DNA from: Deltaproteobacteria bacterium
GTDB lineage: Bacteria > Myxococcota_A > Polyangia > Polyangiales > Houyiibacteriaceae
Assembly (NCBI GenBank): GCA_034670305.1
Contig: JAXMNT010000014.1
Span: forward strand, 87,440 to 151,439
Length of the DNA stretch: 64,000 nt
Direction of reading: 5' to 3'
Position 1 is the stretch's first letter. The number at the start of each line of letters is the position of its first letter. Below the pieces are notes generated by a model that did no database searches, was not told where the DNA came from, and worked only from the letters and a program-made list of their open reading frames with translations. The position numbers and the translations under genes are program-made. Positions 26,733-35,950 of the stretch are shown here, piece by piece.

Positions 26733-28405
26733 CAGTAGTGCAGTCCCAGTCGGAAGCGGAGCAGCTGCGCGGGTTTCGCGTCGAGGCCCGCGCTCGGGTT
26801 GTCAAAGGCAGCGAATGGAAAGAACGCCGCGTACTCGATCGCGGCGACGAAGCCGTTCGTGGTGGTGTAGGCGAGCGTCGGGTCGAGCTCGATGCCGAGC
26901 GGGCGCGCACCGCTCGGCGTGCTGGAGGCCTGCGCCGCAAACGACGCGATGACGGCGAGGGAGAGATCGAGGCGGCCGGGTCCGACCTCGGCCAGGCGGA
27001 TGCGGCCGTGCGGCCTCAGGTAGATGGTGTCGGTGACGGTGCCGAGGATCTCTCGGAAGAGGATCCGGTCGATGCGGTAGTCGGGATGAAACCGGAAGTT
27101 GTCGACGCGGGTGTCGAAGGGCGCGGACGCCTGCGGTCCGTCGATGTCGCCGGCCACCGGCGCGGGTGCGTTCGGACCGCCGTTGCGTGCGCCGAGCTGC
27201 GCACCGAATCCGGGCGAGGGATCGCCGCTCGCGTAGCCCGCGTCGAAGCCGGCTGCGACGCCGCCGGTCTGCACGCCGTGATCGGGACCGAACTCGGACT
27301 CGAACGCGAGCCCGAACTGGCGACTCGTGAACGCGTCCCGCAACTCCACGCCCGGAATGAGCGAAGGCTGACCGATGCGGGCGCCGAGGTACGCCGCTTC
27401 GAGTTCGATGCGCCCGGTCGGAAGCGTGAGCCGCGCCCAGACGTCCACCGCGGTGGCCCGGAAGTCGCGCGGGGTGACCTGCGCGCCGTCGATGGCGACG
27501 GGGCTCGCGACCGGGAGGTAGTGCGCCGGCACGTCGCGGTCCTGCCAGCGGTGCGACACGTACGCGCCGTACTCGAAGCTCGGCTTGCCGGCGCGCGCGC
27601 GGCGCCGGCGCGCGACATCGGAGTGGAAGTCGAGCACCGCGAAGGTCACCGTGCGCACATCGTCCCACGGGTCGAGGTCGACGGCGCGGCGGGGGTGGTT
27701 GCGCGGGGTGCTCGGACCGGTCGCGGTGAAGTCGTAGCTGATCGCCCACACGTGGCCGAGCAGCGGCGTGAGGAAGGCGATGCGATCGGCGGCGTCGCCG
27801 CTGTCGCAGCTCGCGCAGTCTCCGCCGTTGGCGAGCATGCCGAGGCCCCAGTGGTTGCCCATGCGCCCGAACGCGAGCAACCCGAACGGGGTCAACACCT
27901 CGCCGTACGCGCGTTTGATCCGGATGGGCTCGCGCGCATCGCGTTGCGACACCGCGACCGAAGGCACCCCGTCCGGTTGGGAACCGAGCGAGAGGTTGTC
28001 GAGTCCGTCGAGGCGGATTTTGATCGCCACCGACGCGGCCGGCACGATGAGCGCGATGTCGGTGCGCAAGCGCATGTCCGCGTGGGTCAGCGTCTGCGCG
28101 TTCGGGTCGGAGAGCGGCACCGGGAAGAGCGCCTGACCGCTCGGGCTCAGCCCGCGGTCGAGGTCGAGGTTGTAGAGCAACTCGAAGCGCGCCCGAAGCG
28201 CGCCCGAGAAGTGCACGGTGGTCTCGGCTTCGGACTCGATGTCTTGGCCGATGTCGGTGAAGCCGGACGCCTCCGCGGGCGACGCAGCCGCCAGCACGAG
28301 GAGCACGGAGAGCACGGCCCACGGGCACGCGGTCCTTGCGGTCCGTGCGGTCCGCATGGGGCGCGCGCGCCGCGGCTGCGCGAACGATGGACGCAGATCG
28401 ATCAT
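26732..28405 (-). CDS. Outer-membrane beta-barrel, TIGR04551-like
   Basis: IKRAYGEVLTPFGLLAFGRMGNHWGLGM, GYASGD, NFRFHPDYRIDRILFREI, terminal aromatic (LHY); start uncertain. Confidence 0.75.
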   Translation of the reverse strand: MIDLRPSFAQPRRARPMRTARTARTACPWAVLSVLLVLAAASPAEASGFTDIGQDIESEAETTVHFSGALRARFELLYNLDLDRGLSPSGQALFPVPLSDPNAQTLTHADMRLRTDIALIVPAASVAIKIRLDGLDNLSLGSQPDGVPSVAVSQRDAREPIRIKRAYGEVLTPFGLLAFGRMGNHWGLGMLANGGDCASCDSGDAADRIAFLTPLLGHVWAISYDFTATGPSTPRNHPRRAVDLDPWDDVRTVTFAVLDFHSDVARRRRARAGKPSFEYGAYVSHRWQDRDVPAHYLPVASPVAIDGAQVTPRDFRATAVDVWARLTLPTGRIELEAAYLGARIGQPSLIPGVELRDAFTSRQFGLAFESEFGPDHGVQTGGVAAGFDAGYASGDPSPGFGAQLGARNGGPNAPAPVAGDIDGPQASAPFDTRVDNFRFHPDYRIDRILFREILGTVTDTIYLRPHGRIRLAEVGPGRLDLSLAVIASFAAQASSTPSGARPLGIELDPTLAYTTTNGFVAAIEYAAFFPFAAFDNPSAGLDAKPAQLLRFRLGLHY

Positions 28406-29523
28406 CGCGTGCCCCACGGGTTGCGGCCGGTGTCGCTCGGTTCGTTCGCGGGGGCATCCGATGTTGGGTCCGATGGATCCGCAGTGTCCGGGTCGGCGGT
28501 CGGGCCGTCGCCCAGGTCGGGCCGCGGAGCCGGAACCGTCTGCGCCTGCGGCGGTTCGGTGGAACGCGCGGTCGAAGTTTCGGTGGCTTCGCCCGGCTGC
28601 AGGAACGCCAGCAGGTCGCGGGTCGAAGGACGGGCCGCTTCGATCATCGGGAAGTGTCCGCAGAGCGGATAGACCTCGAGCCGCGCGTTCGCCAGATCGT
28701 TGGAGAGCCGTTCGCCCACCTCGAGGGTGGTCACCGCGTCTTCGCGTCCCCAGAGCAGCAGCACCGGCTGTTCGATCTCCCGGTAGTGCGTTTGCTGGGT
28801 CTCGAAACGCATCGCCCGAACCGACGCCAGCGCCGCGGCGCGGGTGCCCGGCCGCCGAACTTGCGCCTCGACTTCCTCGACGAGCGCCTGCGGGATGATC
28901 TCCGGGTCGTGGAACGCGAGCGCGATCTTGTCCTCGGTCCGCTCCGCGTAGAAGCCCGCGAAGATCATCTCGCCGACACCGCGCGCACGGGCCCAGTGAA
29001 ACGTGGTCGGCAGCTGCTCGGCGTACACCCACGCGTCGTAGAGTGCGATGCGCTCGACCCGTTCGGGCGCGACGAGCGCGACCTTGAGCGCGATGGACGA
29101 CCCGTAGGAGTGGGCGACGAACGCGGCGCGATCCACGCTGCGGGCGTCCATGAGCGCGAGCACGATGCGCGCCTGCTCTTCGGGGGAGTAGTCGCCCGCA
29201 GGCCGGCCGCTGTGGCCGAACCCTTTGAGATCGAGCGCGAGCACCCGGTAGTCGTCTCGCAGCGCTTGCCGCACGCCGGTCCAGACGCCGATGGAGCTCG
29301 CGAAGCCGTGGACGAGCACGACGACCGGCGCGTCCCGCGGGCCCTCGTCGACGTAGCGGATCGAAGTGCCGCGCAACGTCAGGAAGGTCGCCTCGTCCGG
29401 CGACTCGGGCAGCGTGCCCGCGTGGTAGGGCAGACAGCCGCTCAAACTCACCAGCGTGGTGAGAGCGGCGAGTCCGAACCGGACCGACCTCCCTCTCCGA
29501 GCACGCGTCGCGGCACCGGTCAC
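28402..29523 (-). CDS. Alpha/beta hydrolase lipoprotein
   Basis: LSGC lipobox; VLVHGF, DLKGFG, AHSYG nucleophile, WGRED, CGHFP. Confidence 0.88.
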   Translation of the reverse strand: MTGAATRARRGRSVRFGLAALTTLVSLSGCLPYHAGTLPESPDEATFLTLRGTSIRYVDEGPRDAPVVVLVHGFASSIGVWTGVRQALRDDYRVLALDLKGFGHSGRPAGDYSPEEQARIVLALMDARSVDRAAFVAHSYGSSIALKVALVAPERVERIALYDAWVYAEQLPTTFHWARARGVGEMIFAGFYAERTEDKIALAFHDPEIIPQALVEEVEAQVRRPGTRAAALASVRAMRFETQQTHYREIEQPVLLLWGREDAVTTLEVGERLSNDLANARLEVYPLCGHFPMIEAARPSTRDLLAFLQPGEATETSTARSTEPPQAQTVPAPRPDLGDGPTADPDTADPSDPTSDAPANEPSDTGRNPWGTR

Positions 29524-30476
29524 GGCGCGAGCCTGCGGACTTCGGCGAGCTCGATGAGCTCGTCGCCGTCGTCGTTGTCGTTGCCGGTGAGCACTGCGAC
29601 CGTTCCGAAACACTCGGTGACGAGCGCGAAGCTGACTTTGGTGGTCACCGCGAAGCCCACGGTGCGGCGAAGCTCGGTGCGGACCCGCAGCACATCGAAG
29701 CGGCCGAACGGCGTGACGAGCGTGCCCTCCGCATCGACCTCGCTCGAGTACGTCTCGGTGTAGTTGCTGAAGATCCCAAGCGCGAGGCCACTGACCGTCA
29801 CGTCGCTCTCCCAAGAGGCGCCGAGCGAGAGCGGAAACTGCAGCACCGAGACCGCCGGGTCGTTCTCGAGGTTGGTCCGGTCGAACCCTTCGTCGGGCGA
29901 GACCACCCCACGCAACGAGAGCGTGCTGCCGTCGACTTCGAAGACGCCGAGCAGGTCGCTCTCGAGGCTGAGCGGGGTCACGTACGTCGCGCCGGGATAG
30001 TCCGAGTCGAACCACTCCCCGCTCGGGTCCGCGGTCTCGACGAGCACCATGCGGTCGCCGGTGAAGTCGGCGCTCAGATCCCAAGTGCGCACGCCCTCGA
30101 CCATCGTGCCGGCGGTGTTGAACGCGACGTCGGTGGCGCCCCGAAAGGTGGCCCGCAGGCCGGCGCGGATCGGGACCTCGGCGCGTTCGATGATCCCGTC
30201 GCGGTTGGGCGCGCAGACGATGCCGCCGCCGTCGCCGGCGTCCATCGCCGGCGCGTCGGCTGCCGGTGCGTCGACCGCCGCGTCGACGGCTTCGGGGGCG
30301 TCGGGCTGGAACGCGTCGCCGGCGCCAGCGTCGGCGTCGACCGGCACGCAGCGACCATCGGCCATGCAGATGCCGGACGCGCAGTCGGCGCCGACGGTGC
30401 ACTGGCGCCCACTGTTCGCGGCGCACGCGCCCACGACCAAGCCCAGCACCACCCCGATCCACCCGTGCACGTTCAC
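29520..30476 (-). CDS. Lipoprotein of unknown function (paralogue of 25893..26732)
   Basis: GGAGG SD; VVGAC lipobox; CAPNRDGII, WDLSADF, WF, GVVS, FP, ECFGTVA blocks. Confidence 0.8.
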   Translation of the reverse strand: MNVHGWIGVVLGLVVGACAANSGRQCTVGADCASGICMADGRCVPVDADAGAGDAFQPDAPEAVDAAVDAPAADAPAMDAGDGGGIVCAPNRDGIIERAEVPIRAGLRATFRGATDVAFNTAGTMVEGVRTWDLSADFTGDRMVLVETADPSGEWFDSDYPGATYVTPLSLESDLLGVFEVDGSTLSLRGVVSPDEGFDRTNLENDPAVSVLQFPLSLGASWESDVTVSGLALGIFSNYTETYSSEVDAEGTLVTPFGRFDVLRVRTELRRTVGFAVTTKVSFALVTECFGTVAVLTGNDNDDGDELIELAEVRRLAP

Positions 30477-30516
30477 CCGACACCTCCATCGACCTTCGCA
30501 CGTGCAGGAGAATCTC

Positions 30517-30618
30517 TTGCGCAGTGCAGCGAGGCCGAACGCCGACGAAATACGGGACGTTCCGAGCACTGTCAACCAGATTGTTGCAACGCACAATGCT
30601 CGACCTTGCAGCGCAGCA
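30517..30618. promoter_or_regulatory. Cluster of PhaR-type operator boxes in the divergent promoter
   Basis: TTGCGCAGTGCAGC 30517-30530, TTGTTGCAACGCACAA 30581-30596, TTGCAGCGCAGCA 30606-30618. Confidence 0.7.
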
Positions 30619-30641
30619 CGAATCCCGCTATCACCCTCCCC

Positions 30642-31184
30642 GTGATCATCGTCAAGAAGTACAGCAACCGGCGCCTCTACGACACCGACCAGAGCCGCTA
30701 CATCACCCTGGACGAGCTGGCCGAGCGCATCCGCGCCGGAGACGACGTGCGGGTGGTCGACGCGAAGACCGGCGACGACCTCACCCAGCCGGTCCTTGCG
30801 CAGATCATCCTCGAGAGCCGCGGCGCGGCGAAGCTCTTGCCCGCCACGCTGCTCGCGCAGCTCATCCGCATGAACGACGAGGATCTCTCGAATTTCATGG
30901 GACGCTACATGTCGTGGGCGCTGGAGATCTACTTCCAGGCGAAACGCGGCGCCTCCCATCTCGGACCGCTCGGAGGACTCGCGCAAGCACCGTTTCAAGC
31001 GACGAGCGCGATGGCGCGCATGCTTCAGGGCATGGGCCCGTGGAACATGCCGGGCATGCGGCCGCCTGGGGTGACGCCGACCCCACCGGTCGCACCCGAA
31101 CCGCCCGCCGATCAGGTCGACGACCTGGCGACCCTGCGGCGCGAGATCGAAGCCCTCAAAGAAGCGATGGGGACCAAGAAGTGA
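30642..31184 (+). CDS. phaR: PHA synthesis repressor PhaR-family DNA-binding protein
   Basis: IVKKYSNRRLYDTDQSRYITL...VVDAKTGDDLT..VLAQIILE signature. Confidence 0.93.
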   Translation: MIIVKKYSNRRLYDTDQSRYITLDELAERIRAGDDVRVVDAKTGDDLTQPVLAQIILESRGAAKLLPATLLAQLIRMNDEDLSNFMGRYMSWALEIYFQAKRGASHLGPLGGLAQAPFQATSAMARMLQGMGPWNMPGMRPPGVTPTPPVAPEPPADQVDDLATLRREIEALKEAMGTKK

Positions 31185-31200
31185 GCGCACGCACAAGAGT

Positions 31201-31215
31201 TTGTGCACCGCAACA
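31201..31215 (-). promoter_or_regulatory. PhaR-type box upstream of phasin-like gene
   Basis: Reverse complement reads TGTTGCGGTGCACAA; TTGACG -35-like hexamer at 31224. Confidence 0.7.
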
Positions 31216-31311
31216 TTTCTGTCTTGACGGGAGGCCTTCCGCGACCCAACTTCGGCTCGCCGCGACAGCGAACTAACGATTTTCACGAACAAAGCGCGGC
31301 AAGGAGACCTC

Positions 31312-31590
31312 ATGGACCCGATGACGCAGATGCAGCAGAACATGGCCGCTCAGGCCCAGGCGATGATGACCGACACGGTCACGAAGTGGTGGAAGACCGC
31401 GCTCGAGACCCAGGTCGCGCAGATGAACGCGATGCTCGTGGAGCTCGGCAAAGTGGAGACGAAGGGCGTCGAGCAGGCCGGCACAGCGATCGACGAAGTC
31501 GCGCGGCTTGGCAAAGCGGGCCTCGAAGCCAGCGCACAGCTGCAAGCGGCTTGGCGCCGCATCGGGCAGCAGGTGATCGAGAAGGTCTGA
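31312..31590 (+). CDS. Phasin-like small amphipathic helical protein (putative)
   Basis: AGGAG SD; Ala/Gln-rich helical 92 aa; follows phaR and a PhaR-type box. Confidence 0.65.
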   Translation: MDPMTQMQQNMAAQAQAMMTDTVTKWWKTALETQVAQMNAMLVELGKVETKGVEQAGTAIDEVARLGKAGLEASAQLQAAWRRIGQQVIEKV

Positions 31591-31696
31591 GCGAAGACCG
31601 GGTCGCCTCTCGAGGCCGCCCGGAAACCCACCGCCGACGCGGGCCGGTCAGCGGTCCGCGTTCGTGCGTTCCATGTGTTGCGAGAGGAGAGACGTC

Positions 31697-32443
31697 GTGC
31701 AGTTGAAAGACCTGAGAGTGATCGTGACCGGCGGTGCGTCGGGCATGGGCCGCCACTTCGCCGAGCAGCTTCACGCCGCGGGCGCGAAGGTCGCCGTCGG
31801 TGACGTGGACGAGGCGAAGCTCGCCACCTTGCCCGAAGGCATCCACCGCGAACGCCTGGACGTCTCGAACGAAGACGAGGTCGTGCGTTTCGTGAAGTCG
31901 GCGGCCGACGCGATGGGCGGACTCAACGCGCTCATCAACAACGCCGGCATCCTGCGCGACGGCTTGCTCGTGAAGAAGTCGCGCAAGACCGGCGCGATCG
32001 AGAAGATGTCGCGCGCGGATCTGGAGAAGGTCTTCGACGTGAACCTGACCGGCGCGATCTTGATGGTCCGCGAAGTCGTCGGCCACATGCTCGAACACGA
32101 CGCCCAGGGTGTGATCGTGAACATCTCTTCGATCGCGCGGCACGGTTCACGCGGTCAGACGAACTACGTCGCGGCGAAGGCCGCGCTCGCCGCGAACACA
32201 GTGACCTGGATGCGCGAGTTCAGCCGCCACGGCATCCGGGTCGGCGCCGTCGCCCCCGGCATGGTCGAGACCCCGATGACCGACGGCATGCGGGACGACG
32301 CGCGCGATCGCATCGTCGCGTCGATCCCCCTCGGCCGCATCGGCACCCCCGAAGACATCTGGATGGCTGTGCGTTTCATCTTCGAATGCGACTATTTCAC
32401 CGGGCGAACCATCGACGTCGACGGTGGCGGTGCGATGGGGTGA
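31697..32443 (+). CDS. SDR oxidoreductase (FabG/PhaB-like)
   Basis: TGGASGMG, NNAGILRD, NISS, YVAAK, PLGRIG. Confidence 0.92.
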   Translation: MQLKDLRVIVTGGASGMGRHFAEQLHAAGAKVAVGDVDEAKLATLPEGIHRERLDVSNEDEVVRFVKSAADAMGGLNALINNAGILRDGLLVKKSRKTGAIEKMSRADLEKVFDVNLTGAILMVREVVGHMLEHDAQGVIVNISSIARHGSRGQTNYVAAKAALAANTVTWMREFSRHGIRVGAVAPGMVETPMTDGMRDDARDRIVASIPLGRIGTPEDIWMAVRFIFECDYFTGRTIDVDGGGAMG

Positions 32444-33381
32444 CCGAGACTCCTTCCCCACGAATCCGCCGGACCGCGGCGACGCCTGAGACATCGCCGG
32501 CTTCGAGCCAACCCACCTTGGCCAGCCTGGCCCACCTGACGCGCGGGCTCCCGCCGCTGCAACAGATCACGCTCGGCAAGTTCCGGATCGCGTACCGCGC
32601 CAACCTCACCGGCCGGGGCGAACCGCTCCTGTTCGTGCACGGGCTCGGCAGCTCGCACCTGGTGTGGGCACGCGCGCTGCCGCTCCTCGGTCGCCCTTAC
32701 GTGGCAGTCGACCTCCCCGGCTACGGCGAGAGCGACAAACCACGCTACGGCTACACGCTGCCGTTCTACATGCGGCGGCTGACGCGCTTGCTCGATGCGC
32801 TCTGCATCGAGCAAGCGACGTGGGTCGGTCATTCGATGGGCGCCCAGATCGCGGTGCTCGCCGCACTGGAAGCGCCCGCCCGAGTGCGCGCGCTGCGGCT
32901 CTTCTCCCCGGCCGGCTTCGAGACCTTCGATGCGTCGCAGGCCGACGTGCTGCGCGCGCTGACCACCGTCGGCAAGGTGCGGAACGCGCGCCGCGCCCAG
33001 GTCGAGAACGCGATGACCATGGGGTTCTTTCGCCGCCCCGCCGAAGCCGATGCGCTCGTCGCCAGACGGATGGCATTCCAGGGCGCGGAACTCGATGGCT
33101 ACGCGCACGCGTTCAGTCGATCGGTCCGCGCGATGCTGGAGGCGCCGGTGCTGCACCGCTTGAGCGAACTCGAGGCGCGAACCCCGACTGTGCCCATGTC
33201 GATTCGGCTCGGCGCCGAGGACCAGCTGGTCCCGAGCCGACTCTTCGGTGCCGCTTCGCCCGCGACACTGCTCGAGTCCATCCGAGACGAGCTCCCCGAC
33301 GCCGAAGCGGCCTTGGTTCCGGAGGCGGGCCACCTGCTCCCGTTCGAGCGGCCCGAGATCGTGGCAGAGCTTTTGGCGTGA
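32440..33381 (+). CDS. Alpha/beta hydrolase, cytoplasmic
   Basis: FVHGLG, DLPGYG, GHSMG, EAGHLLP. Confidence 0.88.
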   Translation: MTETPSPRIRRTAATPETSPASSQPTLASLAHLTRGLPPLQQITLGKFRIAYRANLTGRGEPLLFVHGLGSSHLVWARALPLLGRPYVAVDLPGYGESDKPRYGYTLPFYMRRLTRLLDALCIEQATWVGHSMGAQIAVLAALEAPARVRALRLFSPAGFETFDASQADVLRALTTVGKVRNARRAQVENAMTMGFFRRPAEADALVARRMAFQGAELDGYAHAFSRSVRAMLEAPVLHRLSELEARTPTVPMSIRLGAEDQLVPSRLFGAASPATLLESIRDELPDAEAALVPEAGHLLPFERPEIVAELLA

Positions 33382-33390
33382 CCCGGGTCG

Positions 33391-33425
33391 TGCTGCAACG
33401 CACAATAGATTGTTGCGGCGCACAA
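33391..33425 (+). promoter_or_regulatory. Tandem PhaR-type boxes upstream of symporter
   Basis: TGCTGCAACGCACAA 33391-33405 and TGTTGCGGCGCACAA 33411-33425 (20-bp period). Confidence 0.72.
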
Positions 33426-33462
33426 ATCGACGCGCTACACCCTTTTTCGGAACGGAGACGGC

Positions 33463-34956
33463 ATGGACAACTCGATCGCATGGGGGGCGTTTGGCCTCTA
33501 CCTCCTGGTGACCACCGGCCTCGCGGTGCGCGGCATGATGAAGACCACCAGTGGCAGCATCGAGAGTTTCGCGCTCGGCAACCGCGACATGGGCCCGCTC
33601 TTGGTCGGGGTGACGCTCGCCGCCGCGATCGCCAGCACCGCGACCTTCGTCATCAACCCGGGCTTCGTGTGGAAGGACGGCCTCTCGTCGCTCCTGCACT
33701 TCGGGGTGGCCGGCACCCTCGGCGTCGTGGTCGGGCTCGTGCTCTTGAGCCGCGGCTTTCGCCGGCTCGGTGAGAAGCACCGCGCGCTCACGCTGCCGCA
33801 CTGGGTCGGCGCACGCTTTGGCAGCCGCGGCATGCGCACCTACTTCGCGGGTTTGAACCTCGTGCTCGCGATCGCGTTCGTGGTGCTCATCGTGAAGGGC
33901 TCCGCGCTCGTGATGTCGAGCACCCTCGGCCTCTCCTACGCGACCAGCGTCTTCGTCGTCATCGGCTTCGTCTTCTCGTACATCCTGCTCGGCGGCACCT
34001 ACGCGCACGCCTACACGAACGCGCTGCAGGGTTCGATCATGCTGGTGGTCGCGCTCGCGCTCATCGGCAGCGGCGTGCACCTCTTCGCCGACGGCGGGGT
34101 CTCCGGTTTCTTCGCCGCGCTCGAAGCGCAGGACCCGGCGCTCGTCGCGATGACGAACCCGAACAGCCCGGTCGCAGGCAGCTTCTTCGAGGTATTCGTC
34201 TGCGGCTTCGTCGTGAGCTTCGGCCTCGTCTGTCAGCCGCACATCTTGATGAAGTCGCTCTACCTGCGGAGCGAGAAAGACCTGAACCGCTACCTCGTGG
34301 TCGCAGCCCTCGTCGGCGTCGGTTTCGCGCTCGTGCTGCTCGTCGGTTTGTTCGCGCGGGTCGCCTACCCCGAGCTCGCGGTCGGACCGGAAGCGATCAC
34401 CCAGGACGCGGTGGTCCCGGTCTACATCCAGCACGCGTTCGGCAGCACCGCCGGCGCGCTCATCAGCGTCGCGCTCTTGGCCGCCGGCATGAGCACCATG
34501 GACGGCATCCTCGTCTCGGCCTCGACCATCGCCGGCAACGACCTGGTCCTCGGTCTCGTCGGAAGCCGCGTCGCAGAAGAAGAGCGCCCCGCCCTCGCCC
34601 TGCGCGCAAGCCGCGTGCTGCTCGTGCTCATGGGCGTCGTCTCCTTGGTCATCGCGCTCGACCCGCCGGCCGTCGTCGGCCTCTTCGCGTTCGCCGGCAT
34701 CTATGGCCTCGTCGCGGCATCGGTCGCGCCGGTGGTCTTCGGCATCTTCGTCGACCGCACCCCACCCCGCTGGGCATTCGCCGCGTCGATCGTCGGCCCC
34801 GCCGTGCACTTCGTCCTCTACCTCGGCGTCGGCGTGACCAACCCCGCCGTCACCGGCACCTTCGGCGTCGTCGCCGGCTGCGCCGTCCTCGGCCTCGGCG
34901 TCCTCCTGCAACCCCAGCCCCTCACCGAATCCGCCGCGGTCGCCGAAGGCGCCTGA
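33463..34956 (+). CDS. Sodium:solute symporter (SSS family)
   Basis: Polytopic; FALGNRDMGP, ASTATF, AAGMSTMDG motifs; GGAG SD. Confidence 0.92.
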   Translation: MDNSIAWGAFGLYLLVTTGLAVRGMMKTTSGSIESFALGNRDMGPLLVGVTLAAAIASTATFVINPGFVWKDGLSSLLHFGVAGTLGVVVGLVLLSRGFRRLGEKHRALTLPHWVGARFGSRGMRTYFAGLNLVLAIAFVVLIVKGSALVMSSTLGLSYATSVFVVIGFVFSYILLGGTYAHAYTNALQGSIMLVVALALIGSGVHLFADGGVSGFFAALEAQDPALVAMTNPNSPVAGSFFEVFVCGFVVSFGLVCQPHILMKSLYLRSEKDLNRYLVVAALVGVGFALVLLVGLFARVAYPELAVGPEAITQDAVVPVYIQHAFGSTAGALISVALLAAGMSTMDGILVSASTIAGNDLVLGLVGSRVAEEERPALALRASRVLLVLMGVVSLVIALDPPAVVGLFAFAGIYGLVAASVAPVVFGIFVDRTPPRWAFAASIVGPAVHFVLYLGVGVTNPAVTGTFGVVAGCAVLGLGVLLQPQPLTESAAVAEGA

Positions 34957-34966
34957 CCCAGGTCGT

Positions 34967-35950
34967 TCAGCCGAACGGCGAGCGCTGGTAGTTCGGCCCC
35001 ACCCACACCGGCTGCGCCTGCGCCAAGACGCGCACAGAGAACTCCGCTGCTTCGGCGATGGTCTCGCCATCCAGCGTGGCGCCGAGCGGCTCGCCGATGA
35101 CTCGGACCCGCAGCGACCGCACGGCACGGCGCTCTATCTCGGGATGGTCGACGAGCTGACCGAGCCGGGCCTCGCCCGCGATGCGCGCGAGCGACGCCAT
35201 CGAGGTCGCGTTCACGACCAACACATCCAAGAGGCCGTCTTCGGCGTCCGCTGTGGTGGCGAGTTCGAAACCGCCACCCGCGAACCGACCATTCAACACG
35301 GTGAGGGCCGCGACCTCGAACCGTTCCTCGGCACCTTCGTCGAACCCGAGTTCGATCACCCACTGCGCGTCGGAGGCGGCCTTCGCGCTGCCGACGAGGT
35401 ACGCGAGCGGGCCGAGCGTCTTCTTCAGCGAACCGTCGATCGCTTCGCCGATGCGGTGCGCCACCCCGAAGTTGAGCACGTTGATGCCGACCCGTTCGCC
35501 GCTTGGGGTCTGCACTGCGATCAAATCCAGCGCATGCGTCCGGTCCGACGACTGACGGCCGAGGTTCTCGGCCAGCGCGACCAGCGCCTGAACCGCCTCG
35601 CCGGTCTCGAGGGGCAGACCCAAGGTCCGGGCGAAGTCGTTGCCGGTCCCGAGCGGAAGCACACCGAGCACGCTCGACGAGCCCGTCTCACCCGAGCCCG
35701 CGCGCAACCCAGACAGGACGTCGTGCACGCTGCCGTCTCCGCCACCGGCGACCACCACCGGGACCCCGGCGGCCGAGGCGTCCGCCGCGGCCTGCGTCAT
35801 CGCGCCGCTGGAGTCTGGGCGCGCGACGTCGAAGTGCGCCTCGAGCGCGGACAGATGGGGCGCGAGCGTCTCGAACCCGCTGGCGTGATCGTTCAGCAGC
35901 ACCAGCGGGCGCGATGGGCCCGATCCGGAACTCGAAGAAGCCGAGGTCAA
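34967..35950 (-). CDS. Diacylglycerol/lipid kinase family (YegS/DgkB-like)
   Basis: LNDHASG, GGGDGS, LPLGTGNDFAR, NGRFAGGG, LDGE; TTG overlaps upstream stop. Confidence 0.88.
   Translation of the reverse strand: MTSASSSSGSGPSRPLVLLNDHASGFETLAPHLSALEAHFDVARPDSSGAMTQAAADASAAGVPVVVAGGGDGSVHDVLSGLRAGSGETGSSSVLGVLPLGTGNDFARTLGLPLETGEAVQALVALAENLGRQSSDRTHALDLIAVQTPSGERVGINVLNFGVAHRIGEAIDGSLKKTLGPLAYLVGSAKAASDAQWVIELGFDEGAEERFEVAALTVLNGRFAGGGFELATTADAEDGLLDVLVVNATSMASLARIAGEARLGQLVDHPEIERRAVRSLRVRVIGEPLGATLDGETIAEAAEFSVRVLAQAQPVWVGPNYQRSPFG

Noticed and set aside
31697-32443. Assigning the symbol phaB
   Set aside because: SDR motifs do not distinguish PhaB from FabG-like paralogues by eye
33463-34956. 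Assigning panF/putP/actP substrate
   Set aside because: SSS family is clear but substrate is not determinable from sequence inspection
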